From positions 186,001 to 250,000 of IMG/VR virus record IMGVR_UViG_3300042558_003926: 64,000 nt of DNA, one strand, 5' to 3'. Shown here piece by piece: positions 57,405-64,000 of this stretch (position 1 is its first letter; each line of letters opens with the position of its first letter). The notes below the pieces were generated by a model that saw only the letters and a program-made list of their open reading frames with translations, searched no databases and was not told where the DNA came from. The position numbers and the translations under genes were made by a program.

Positions 57405-57653
57405 ATGATAGATACAGAAAAGAAAGATATGGCAGCTATTAGATTTGTATGCACCACAGATAACAAGGCCAAGCACTACGATATCAAGAATCGTGCTTAT
57501 CTGGCCGGCGGTGCTATCCTCAGAGAGAAAATCAGAAAAGATACCAGTTCAGAATTCGAGGGTGAGATGGAGATCGTATCGGAAGGCGGAACACTATACC
57601 GAGAGGTTAAGGAATTAGGTCTAAGTAAGACTGAAATGATAATTACACAATAG
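57405..57653 (+). CDS. Hypothetical protein
   Basis: ORF track. Confidence 0.5.
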   Translation: MIDTEKKDMAAIRFVCTTDNKAKHYDIKNRAYLAGGAILREKIRKDTSSEFEGEMEIVSEGGTLYREVKELGLSKTEMIITQ

Positions 57654-57665
57654 GAAAGGGAAATT

Positions 57666-58031
57666 ATGTTTGATGATGAAAGAAGCGATGATCACCCGTA
57701 TTTCGGAGATGATATCCACAAGAAGATCAAGACAACCCAACAGAGAATGAGAGAAGCAGCGGTGAGAGAGTTTGTTGATGGTTGTTACGCGGCATACAGT
57801 GTGCTACACGTTAGAGGGGTAGAGGCCCTCGAGGATGGAGATCCAGACGCGATCAAAATGGCTATCAATCGCATGATGGCTCTTTTCCTACACAGGGAAG
57901 AATATGAGAGATGCTCATTTGTTAAATGGTTTGTTGAGAAACATATTCCTGACTTTGTGATAGAACCAGATTGGAAAGTGATTGAAGATATGGAAGAAGT
58001 AAAAAGTTTATCCAATGGCACTAAGAGTTAA
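57666..58031 (+). CDS. Hypothetical protein (UVR-like EEYERC motif)
   Basis: FLHREEYERCS. Confidence 0.6.
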   Translation: MFDDERSDDHPYFGDDIHKKIKTTQQRMREAAVREFVDGCYAAYSVLHVRGVEALEDGDPDAIKMAINRMMALFLHREEYERCSFVKWFVEKHIPDFVIEPDWKVIEDMEEVKSLSNGTKS

Positions 58032-58221
58032 TAAACCGACCGGAAGGGGTAACACTCCAAGGTCTAGTCAAACCCTTCCTTGTAAACTTTGTGGAGAGAA
58101 GGTACGTAACGTAGATAGTAAAGCGGACGCGGTAACGTGCTTCCGCTGTGTTAGTAAGATGTGCGGTGGTGGTGGAATGATAGAACCTGAAAAACCAAAG
58201 ATTAAAAAATCAGATAAATAG
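58015..58221 (+). CDS. Zinc-finger protein
   Basis: CKLC...CFRC. Confidence 0.6.
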   Translation: MALRVNKPTGRGNTPRSSQTLPCKLCGEKVRNVDSKADAVTCFRCVSKMCGGGGMIEPEKPKIKKSDK

Positions 58222-58224
58222 TAT

Positions 58225-58413
58225 ATGGATCCTAGAACAGAAGAGCTACTTCAAGATTACCGAAAGATGGTGGAGAAGACCGCAAAAAGTCTATACCTCC
58301 AAACAATAGCAGTCCGAAGAGAGTTAGAGAACAGCAAAATTAATCCAGAGGATAAACACGAAATATTGCTACATTGTGTGGGATTACTAATCTCCAAAGA
58401 AAATAAAAAATGA
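58225..58413 (+). CDS. Hypothetical protein
   Basis: Tightly packed ORF. Confidence 0.55.
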   Translation: MDPRTEELLQDYRKMVEKTAKSLYLQTIAVRRELENSKINPEDKHEILLHCVGLLISKENKK

Positions 58414-58616
58414 GAATGAAACCATCAGACAGAGAACTTGAACAGGACGTCATCTTTCAAGAAATCAAAAAAGACCACGAGAAACACGGAGACATTAACC
58501 TTCCAAGGGTTAAGGGAGAACTTGAAAAGAAATCCGTTCATTTGGTTAACTCAGTGTTAGAGTCAAGGAGAGATGCTTATCTAGCCTACGTTAAGAAGTC
58601 TAGTTCTAGAGTTTAG
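58410..58616 (+). CDS. Hypothetical protein
   Basis: ATGA overlap with the previous gene. Confidence 0.55.
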   Translation: MRMKPSDRELEQDVIFQEIKKDHEKHGDINLPRVKGELEKKSVHLVNSVLESRRDAYLAYVKKSSSRV

Positions 58617-58758
58617 AATTCTAGAAACTCCTTCAATACACCGTGAGAGACTCTCCGAGGTGTAACACATTCTGCTCTGAATATTTTTCTTACGTTTCGA
58701 AAGAAATGAATTGCATCAACAATATATAGAGACATAGCCCAATTTCAAAAGATAAAAG

Positions 58759-58789
58759 AGCGGACACGAATTTACGGTCCGCTTTTTTT
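58759..58789 (+). terminator. Intrinsic terminator
   Basis: AGCGGAC-loop-GTCCGCT then a T-run. Confidence 0.75.
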
Positions 58790-58797
58790 ATGGTTTA

Positions 58798-58829
58798 TTT
58801 TTTTATCCCGTGTTAGTGGATTAATTTAG
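58798..58829 (+). promoter_or_regulatory. Putative early promoter (CCCG-N11-TAATTTAG)
   Basis: Motif copy. Confidence 0.65.
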
Positions 58830-58853
58830 TTGAGTAAATCAAAAGGGTGTATT

Positions 58854-59471
58854 ATGGAAAATCTAAGTTTAACAATGGATACTGGTATTTATAAGATACT
58901 AGGTCAGATCAAGAAAGCCTTGATCACCTCGCTAATGCTTGGCGGGATATTTATAGTTCTAATTGGCGTGTACGCTATATTCGTTTCACTACTCATGGCA
59001 GTAGGTGTTTCAGCAGAAGGAGCAGGTTACGTTGTGGGTATGATGCCATTCATCAACGGTGCATTCCATGCAGATTTTGGTCATCTCTTCGGAAATCTCC
59101 TTATACTATTCATCTTTCTCCTGCCAGAGGTAAACCAGGGTTATGATCTGAAGAAGCTGTTCTGGACCTCAGCAATTCTATCCACTATTTACATACCAAT
59201 ATTCATTCTGGGTCTATCATGGCCGGTAATTGGATCCTCTGGAGTATTCTACTTTTTAATGGGGAGATTCATATTTAGCAGAAAGTTAGTTGTGTCTAAG
59301 ATATTTGCCTATGGATTCTTTTTCCTTATTATGATGGGTGATTTGGGTATGATGGCCTCTGACGACGGTGTAGCTCATCTCTTCCATGTGATGTGTGCAG
59401 TAATTGGAATCGTAACAGTTACGAGACTAAGTAAAAGAATTCCAGAAGGGATACATAAGTTAATAGCATAA
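58854..59471 (+). CDS. Rhomboid-family intramembrane serine protease
   Basis: FHADFGHLFGN, IGSSG (catalytic Ser), VAHLFH (catalytic His); multiple TM segments. Confidence 0.8.
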   Translation: MENLSLTMDTGIYKILGQIKKALITSLMLGGIFIVLIGVYAIFVSLLMAVGVSAEGAGYVVGMMPFINGAFHADFGHLFGNLLILFIFLLPEVNQGYDLKKLFWTSAILSTIYIPIFILGLSWPVIGSSGVFYFLMGRFIFSRKLVVSKIFAYGFFFLIMMGDLGMMASDDGVAHLFHVMCAVIGIVTVTRLSKRIPEGIHKLIA

Positions 59472-59487
59472 AAATAATTTTTAGAAA

Positions 59488-59826
59488 ATGATATTCTACG
59501 GTATAGCGGATGCACATGGTATAGAGAGTTTCAAACCTCAGCAGTTTGATTCAGAGGTCGAGCAATTTAATGCTGATCCCAAAGAGCTGTCGATAATGGC
59601 ATTGAGAGCAAATGCTAATAGACACAGACATGCTGTTGTTTATCAAGCAGAGGTTGAAAGTCATACGGCTAAAGAGATTCTGGATCTTCTTAAAGATGGA
59701 GATTATGTTGAAGCTTTGGTGAAACTAAAGGAGGAGGCAACATCTATAAGTCTTATGAGAAGTCCAGGAGCTGAGAAGAGCTGGAATCTAATTCCAAACT
59801 CAGATCTGGATCCGTACCGAGATTAA
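59488..59826 (+). CDS. Hypothetical protein
   Basis: ORF track. Confidence 0.6.
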   Translation: MIFYGIADAHGIESFKPQQFDSEVEQFNADPKELSIMALRANANRHRHAVVYQAEVESHTAKEILDLLKDGDYVEALVKLKEEATSISLMRSPGAEKSWNLIPNSDLDPYRD

Positions 59827-59844
59827 CGTTTTAAATAATAACAT

Positions 59845-60120
59845 ATGCCAGTCAAAGTAAAAGACGAGTACAGAACAAATCCACTAAGTGTGGAGCCAGG
59901 AGGACACGAGGTAACTGTAATCCACGAAGGAGGAAAGACCTTCATTTATGATAAGGTTAAGAGACCGGGAGCTTATATCAAGGGTATCTCTAGTGTAACT
60001 CAAACCAAGAACGGACCAATCATCAAGATTAACATCGACGGTGAAGAGGTGTGGAACGTGAGACACGATGAAACAGAACCTTGGGATAGTCCAGCTATTA
60101 AGAATCTAGGAAAGAAGTAG
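59845..60120 (+). CDS. Hypothetical protein
   Basis: ORF track. Confidence 0.6.
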   Translation: MPVKVKDEYRTNPLSVEPGGHEVTVIHEGGKTFIYDKVKRPGAYIKGISSVTQTKNGPIIKINIDGEEVWNVRHDETEPWDSPAIKNLGKK

Positions 60121-60124
60121 GACT

Positions 60125-60394
60125 ATGAAAAAGATTTTAAGAAAAATAGCAGAAGCGGGTAAGACGATATCATCTGGGAACTTCAAAGCCTCACAATTGT
60201 TAATAGCAGTACCGTTAGTTATTTTAGCAGCAGCTATCATACTATCGATTCCTCTATTACTAGTATGGGGATTACAGCTTTTAGGTTTCGATGAGGTTAG
60301 GGTTGGTTTTAGAAGTTGGTTTGGTGCAATCCTTATTATGCTATTTCTAGCTTATGCCTCAGTTATAAGAGTTAACGGAAATAAGAATCAGTAA
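60125..60394 (+). CDS. Small membrane protein
   Basis: Two hydrophobic segments. Confidence 0.6.
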   Translation: MKKILRKIAEAGKTISSGNFKASQLLIAVPLVILAAAIILSIPLLLVWGLQLLGFDEVRVGFRSWFGAILIMLFLAYASVIRVNGNKNQ

Positions 60395-60405
60395 ACTAAA
60401 GGAAG

Positions 60406-60678
60406 ATGAGAACTATAGAGTTATATAAAAACCAATCCCAGATGGTGGAAGGGTTAAAGCTTAGACAGAGTTTAAGCAACATCGTGGAGGATGCCGAGGT
60501 GATTGATCTGAAAGCTCTTGGGTATCTCATGCTTCAAAAGGAATGGACAGAGGAAGAAATTGAATCTGATCTTGGATCAGTAGCTATCGAAGCTCTCCTT
60601 GATGAGATTGAAAATGCTGACCACTCTAAGATAGTTACCGTTGTTAAGACTTTAAGAGATCAAGGGGCAATTATCTAA
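60406..60678 (+). CDS. Hypothetical protein
   Basis: ORF track. Confidence 0.6.
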   Translation: MRTIELYKNQSQMVEGLKLRQSLSNIVEDAEVIDLKALGYLMLQKEWTEEEIESDLGSVAIEALLDEIENADHSKIVTVVKTLRDQGAII

Positions 60679-60751
60679 AAAATTGATTCACTTTCGAATA
60701 TATAAGTTTCCACTCGGAATCTCAGATTCCGTCCATATACACCCAAAAAAG

Positions 60752-60787
60752 AAATCCTCCGGACGCCAAGCGACTGGAGGGTTTTTT
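60752..60787 (+). terminator. Intrinsic terminator
   Basis: CCTCCGG-loop-CTGGAGG followed by GTTTTTT. Confidence 0.7.
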
Positions 60788-60798
60788 ATCAGAGATTA

Positions 60799-60830
60799 TT
60801 TTTTTTCCCAGAACTGGTTAATTAAATTTA
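60799..60830 (+). promoter_or_regulatory. Putative early promoter (CCCAG-N11-TAAATTTA)
   Basis: Motif copy. Confidence 0.6.
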
Positions 60831-60849
60831 CTTAACAAACAAACAAATT

Positions 60850-61380
60850 ATGGGATTAGATATCGTAGCTTACAGCAAATTAGAGCCACAAAGAGATGAA
60901 AGGGTAGAAGAGGTTATGCAATCTCTCTTCACTCCTCTTGGTGAAGAAGTTATGGAGATTGGGGAAGCATCCGAAAGACTCCGATGTATGGACATGAAGG
61001 TTGGCAAATGGCATCGAACAGAGGAGACTAAGGAAACGCATTTCCGAGCGGGTTCATACTCTACTTACAATTATTTTCGAAATCTCTTATCGAGATGCTT
61101 CCATGGGGTTGATCCTAGTGTTATCTGGGAAGATGAGATGAGCTGGGAAGGTGCTCGTTTCGTCGAAATGATAAATGCTAGTGACTGCGACGGTGTTTAT
61201 GGTCCGACTGATTCTGAAAAACTTTACAAAGACTTCGAAGAGGGAGAAGAGTTATTTCAGGAATTCCTCGCTGATAGATTCGAGGATGATGACGAGGGAG
61301 AATATTATCTCGACGTTTATCGTAACTTCAAAGAGGCATATGGATTAGCTGCTGAAGAGGGAGTACTAATCTTCTGTTAA
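60850..61380 (+). CDS. Conserved phage hypothetical protein
   Basis: MGLDI; FRAGSYSTYNYFRNLL; INASDCDGVYGP. Confidence 0.75.
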   Translation: MGLDIVAYSKLEPQRDERVEEVMQSLFTPLGEEVMEIGEASERLRCMDMKVGKWHRTEETKETHFRAGSYSTYNYFRNLLSRCFHGVDPSVIWEDEMSWEGARFVEMINASDCDGVYGPTDSEKLYKDFEEGEELFQEFLADRFEDDDEGEYYLDVYRNFKEAYGLAAEEGVLIFC

Positions 61381-61412
61381 TTTTTTTGTCTCGGAGATTT
61401 AATCTAATTTTA
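61381..61412 (+). promoter_or_regulatory. Putative early promoter (CTCG-N11-TAATTTTA)
   Basis: Motif copy. Confidence 0.5.
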
Positions 61413-61417
61413 TACCA

Positions 61418-61630
61418 ATGAAGAATCAAAGTCATATCAACGATCTACTTAGAACTCAAAAGGTTCTAGCTTCTTGCAACAGTAAGGAGCACGTGGATGC
61501 TGCTATCCGATACTTCCGCTTATTTATTAAAAAATGGAAACACTTATTTAGTGTTGAGGTGGTGACGGATTTGGAGATGAATTTCACTATCGATGTTGCA
61601 AAGAAACTAAAACAAATACAATTGAAATGA
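61418..61630 (+). CDS. Hypothetical protein
   Basis: ORF track. Confidence 0.55.
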   Translation: MKNQSHINDLLRTQKVLASCNSKEHVDAAIRYFRLFIKKWKHLFSVEVVTDLEMNFTIDVAKKLKQIQLK

Positions 61631-61929
61631 AAAACATAGTTTACATATTAGCTTTGTCTTCTATTCTTCTTGGATTGGCTTCATGTCAGATAAAGGAGGA
61701 AAAGATCATTAAAGAAGGTGATAAGGAATTTGTTGTTTTAGGTGGAGATACTCTTGGAGTAGTTTACGAAAAACACACGGTGATATCATGTGAGAGAACA
61801 ACCCCTAATAATATCCACGAGGAAATGAATCCATCATTCGACATAAAACTAGAGAATGGAAGTTCTTTTGAATCAAGAAAAACTTACGAGGTTGGTGATA
61901 GCATAATTTATACAATCTACACTAAATGA
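61627..61929 (+). CDS. Putative lipoprotein
   Basis: MKNIVYILALSSILLGLASC lipobox. Confidence 0.65.
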   Translation: MKNIVYILALSSILLGLASCQIKEEKIIKEGDKEFVVLGGDTLGVVYEKHTVISCERTTPNNIHEEMNPSFDIKLENGSSFESRKTYEVGDSIIYTIYTK

Positions 61930-62201
61930 AGTTAATCACCATAATAAAAGAAACCGTAATCGGAGATAACCAAAACCAAGATAAGTTATTCTTTGAGTAT
62001 TGTGACGAGTATTCAATAGAACACAAAATAATAAACGAAAACTTAGAAACCTCATCATATCCTGATATAGAGTTTAAATCAGGTCCAGTTGCTTTAAGTA
62101 ATATGCTAAAGGAAAGATTTGGCTACACACAAGAAGAAATCAACGAGGAGTTTCCTCAAATAAAAGAAGCCTTAGAAGAAGATACAGCCAATCAAAACTA
62201 A
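61926..62201 (+). CDS. Hypothetical protein
   Basis: ATGA overlap. Confidence 0.55.
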   Translation: MKLITIIKETVIGDNQNQDKLFFEYCDEYSIEHKIINENLETSSYPDIEFKSGPVALSNMLKERFGYTQEEINEEFPQIKEALEEDTANQN

Positions 62202-62257
62202 GAAACCGGGTGCCTCTTCCCGCCATAAGAGGATTGTTTGTTTGTTTTGATTATGGG

Positions 62258-62285
62258 AAAGGTCCAGTTTATCTGGACCTTTTTC
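62258..62285. terminator. Bidirectional intrinsic terminator
   Basis: AAAGGTCCAG-TTTAT-CTGGACCTTT. Confidence 0.75.
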
Positions 62286-62334
62286 TATTTGCGTGGATTT
62301 ATTATTGCTAAGAGCTGCGGGGAAACACCGCGGG

Positions 62335-63168
62335 TTATTTCAACTGAGTAAGAACCCCTTGAATCTCCGACGGTGAAAGATCTAGTTCCTTATTGTGTAG
62401 TACTTTAGATAAACCACCAAAGATAGATTGTGCTAATGTTTTTCCTTTAATTGCTGAATCAAATTGAGAACCAACAACAGAACTAGAAGGCATTGATGTT
62501 GAATCAGGAAGAGGAGTTGTAGGTATTGGACCTAAAGAACCACTTACTGCTTTAGCACCTTTAATTAGATCGTTTTCAAATTCTTTAGTTCTAGTAGTTC
62601 TGAAGTAATCAATAAATCCATATAGAGTTTTCGAATCCAATTTTCTAACATTAACACCAACTCTATCTCCTTCTCCTGATTGCTGGTCGTTAGTGTTACC
62701 TTCTATTGTAGTAAATGTTCTTTTCTGCGGATCAACACCTAGGACTATACCAGTATGACCCAAACCTTTACCAGGTCTACTCATAATAAATATCTGTCCA
62801 GGTCTTACTAGGTTAGGATCCTTCCTTGCTTGGTCTATAGTAATCTTTGCATCTGCTGGTGCTTTAGTCCAGTGATTCATAACTCCCGCGGTTTTTGGGA
62901 GAGGATTCGTTTGACCTAATTGTTTACTTAATTCGTTAAACACGTAGTAGACAAAAGCCATACACCAAGGATAGCCTGCTCCTAATCCAGTAGATGCAAG
63001 ATAAGCTGAAACCATTTGACCTCTGTTAGAACCTTTTGGTTCTTCTTTAACATTTCTGTTTATTGAAAGAATCTTTGCAAACTTGTCTCCATCACCACCT
63101 GGGTTTTTTAAAGAGAACTGAGCCTCGTTTACAAAATCGCAAAAGTTCTTTATTCTTTTCTCTACCAT
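62335..63168 (-). CDS. CHAP-domain peptidoglycan amidase/peptidase with CTS-like tag
   Basis: IKNFCDFVNEA; YPWCMAFV (Cys), GHTGIV (His), TIEGNT; GATATATAG at 63189-63197 on the minus strand. Confidence 0.85.
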   Translation of the reverse strand: MVEKRIKNFCDFVNEAQFSLKNPGGDGDKFAKILSINRNVKEEPKGSNRGQMVSAYLASTGLGAGYPWCMAFVYYVFNELSKQLGQTNPLPKTAGVMNHWTKAPADAKITIDQARKDPNLVRPGQIFIMSRPGKGLGHTGIVLGVDPQKRTFTTIEGNTNDQQSGEGDRVGVNVRKLDSKTLYGFIDYFRTTRTKEFENDLIKGAKAVSGSLGPIPTTPLPDSTSMPSSSVVGSQFDSAIKGKTLAQSIFGGLSKVLHNKELDLSPSEIQGVLTQLK

Positions 63169-63216
63169 CTCTAGATTATTTAATTATTCTATATATCTAA
63201 AAAAACATTGCTTTTA

Positions 63217-63248
63217 TTTTTTTAACACGATAAACATAGATATATTTG
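63217..63248 (+). promoter_or_regulatory. Putative early promoter (CACG-N11-TATATTTG) with no downstream ORF
   Basis: Motif copy. Confidence 0.6.
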
Positions 63249-63251
63249 TAT

Positions 63252-63380
63252 CATAACAATCAGCCATTAAGGTATTAGAGTATAAAAGCTCTAAGAGAAA
63301 CTGTGATTCTCTGCTTTGTTCTGCAATCACGGTGTTTTAATTGGTTAGAGACTGGATCCGCAAGGGTCCAGTTTCGTTTT
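63252..63380 (+). ncRNA. Candidate small RNA (about 125 nt)
   Basis: Promoter, then closing stem, two hairpins (TTAGAG/CTCTAA; ACTGTGATT/AATCACGGT), then GACTGGATCC-GCAA-GGGTCCAGTT terminator; no ORF. Confidence 0.55.
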
Positions 63381-64000
63381 ATGCAAGATTGTTAGTCCAA
63401 GACCCTACATTAAGAGAAGCCCAATCGCCACCTAATGTTTTTTTGAATTCTTTAATGTTATCAGCTAGAAGAGCAATACCAGCTTCTGCATTAACATAAG
63501 GATCTTTCCAGTTTGCTCCCATAGGTTTAACTACTCCACCGTAATTACTTTCGGGCCTCATAGCAAATAGACCTTTATATGTTCCTCCTCCTGCTAAAGG
63601 GTTTAAACCAGATTCAATCATAGCTACAGTTACTGCGAAATCGAATGGTACATTATACTTAGCACCGAATTTGGTAATAGCATCTTTAACTGCAGCGTTC
63701 TTAGGTTGATTGATTGCTTTAAGAGCCTGATTCTGTTTATCGAACCATTTCTCTTTCCACATGTTAAGGAAAAGTCCAGCAGCAGTCTTCTGATCACCGT
63801 TGTCTAATGCCTTAATTAGATCTGTTTTAACTTGAGGTCTATCGGAAGGTATGTTACCTACTAGATTAGCATATTTAACACCGCTCTTAGTCTTAATCGT
63901 TTCTGGGTGCATCTCACCAGTTCCATTAAGAGCTTTGATTATACCCGTTGCCCCTGCAAGACCTTGTTGATGCTGCATGTATAAAGCAAAGTCATCGTTT
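63379..64000 (-). CDS. Lytic transglycosylase/lysozyme-like protein (partial, starts beyond the right edge)
   Basis: Frame is open to the window edge; YMQHQQG motif and a second domain AVTVAMIESGLNP...YKGLFAM...WKDPYVNAEAG. Confidence 0.75.
   Translation of the reverse strand, partial: NDDFALYMQHQQGLAGATGIIKALNGTGEMHPETIKTKSGVKYANLVGNIPSDRPQVKTDLIKALDNGDQKTAAGLFLNMWKEKWFDKQNQALKAINQPKNAAVKDAITKFGAKYNVPFDFAVTVAMIESGLNPLAGGGTYKGLFAMRPESNYGGVVKPMGANWKDPYVNAEAGIALLADNIKEFKKTLGGDWASLNVGSWTNNLA

Noticed and set aside
63252-63380. Purine riboswitch or hammerhead ribozyme identity for the three-way-junction RNA
   Set aside because: The conserved core nucleotides (the purine aptamer junction; CUGAnGA of the hammerhead) are absent, and no downstream gene is available to regulate.
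1-64000. Stop-codon reassignment (TAG/TGA recoding as in some large Bacteroidota phages)
   Set aside because: Conserved enzymes are full length under the standard code, and genes end at TAG and TGA with tight packing.
1-64000. tRNA, tmRNA or rRNA genes
   Set aside because: I found no cloverleaf with TTCG/T-loop consensus or rRNA signature in the intergenic gaps read by eye; tRNAscan or Aragorn should confirm.

Overview
This window looks like part of a large, AT-rich tailed dsDNA phage genome, probably infecting a Bacteroidota host. This is an inference. Genes are very densely packed, many are small hypotheticals, and the window has a T4-type RNA ligase, a Dda-like helicase, ClpP and four peptidoglycan hydrolases. 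A T9SS C-terminal sorting domain and TAnnTTTG-type promoter elements point to the host. No capsid, portal, terminase, polymerase, tRNA, rRNA or CRISPR locus is visible, so taxonomy cannot be fixed from this window. Main observations: (1) About 26 unrelated ORFs share an N-terminal tag like the T4 capsid-targeting sequence (for example MKHLRLFENF, MRYIKLFEYF, MKNLKTYKMFES). They mostly follow an RATATATA motif, while untagged gene blocks follow a different promoter, T-run..CCG-N11-TAnnTTWR, found in 16 copies. (2) Six tandem tagged paralogs carry 4-10 copies of a 22-aa LRR-like module with hypervariable surface positions (48.4-53.3 kb). (3) An operon headed by an endolysin also encodes a cohesin/dockerin T9SS cargo protein, a CsgG-family lipoprotein and an Asn/Gly/Ser-rich secreted protein (1-6.2 kb). 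(4) A GC-rich non-coding segment with near-palindromic iterons at about 54 kb may be an origin or genome terminus. (5) Several promoter- and terminator-bounded structured RNAs have no ORF. All product calls come from motif recognition by eye; no database searches were run.
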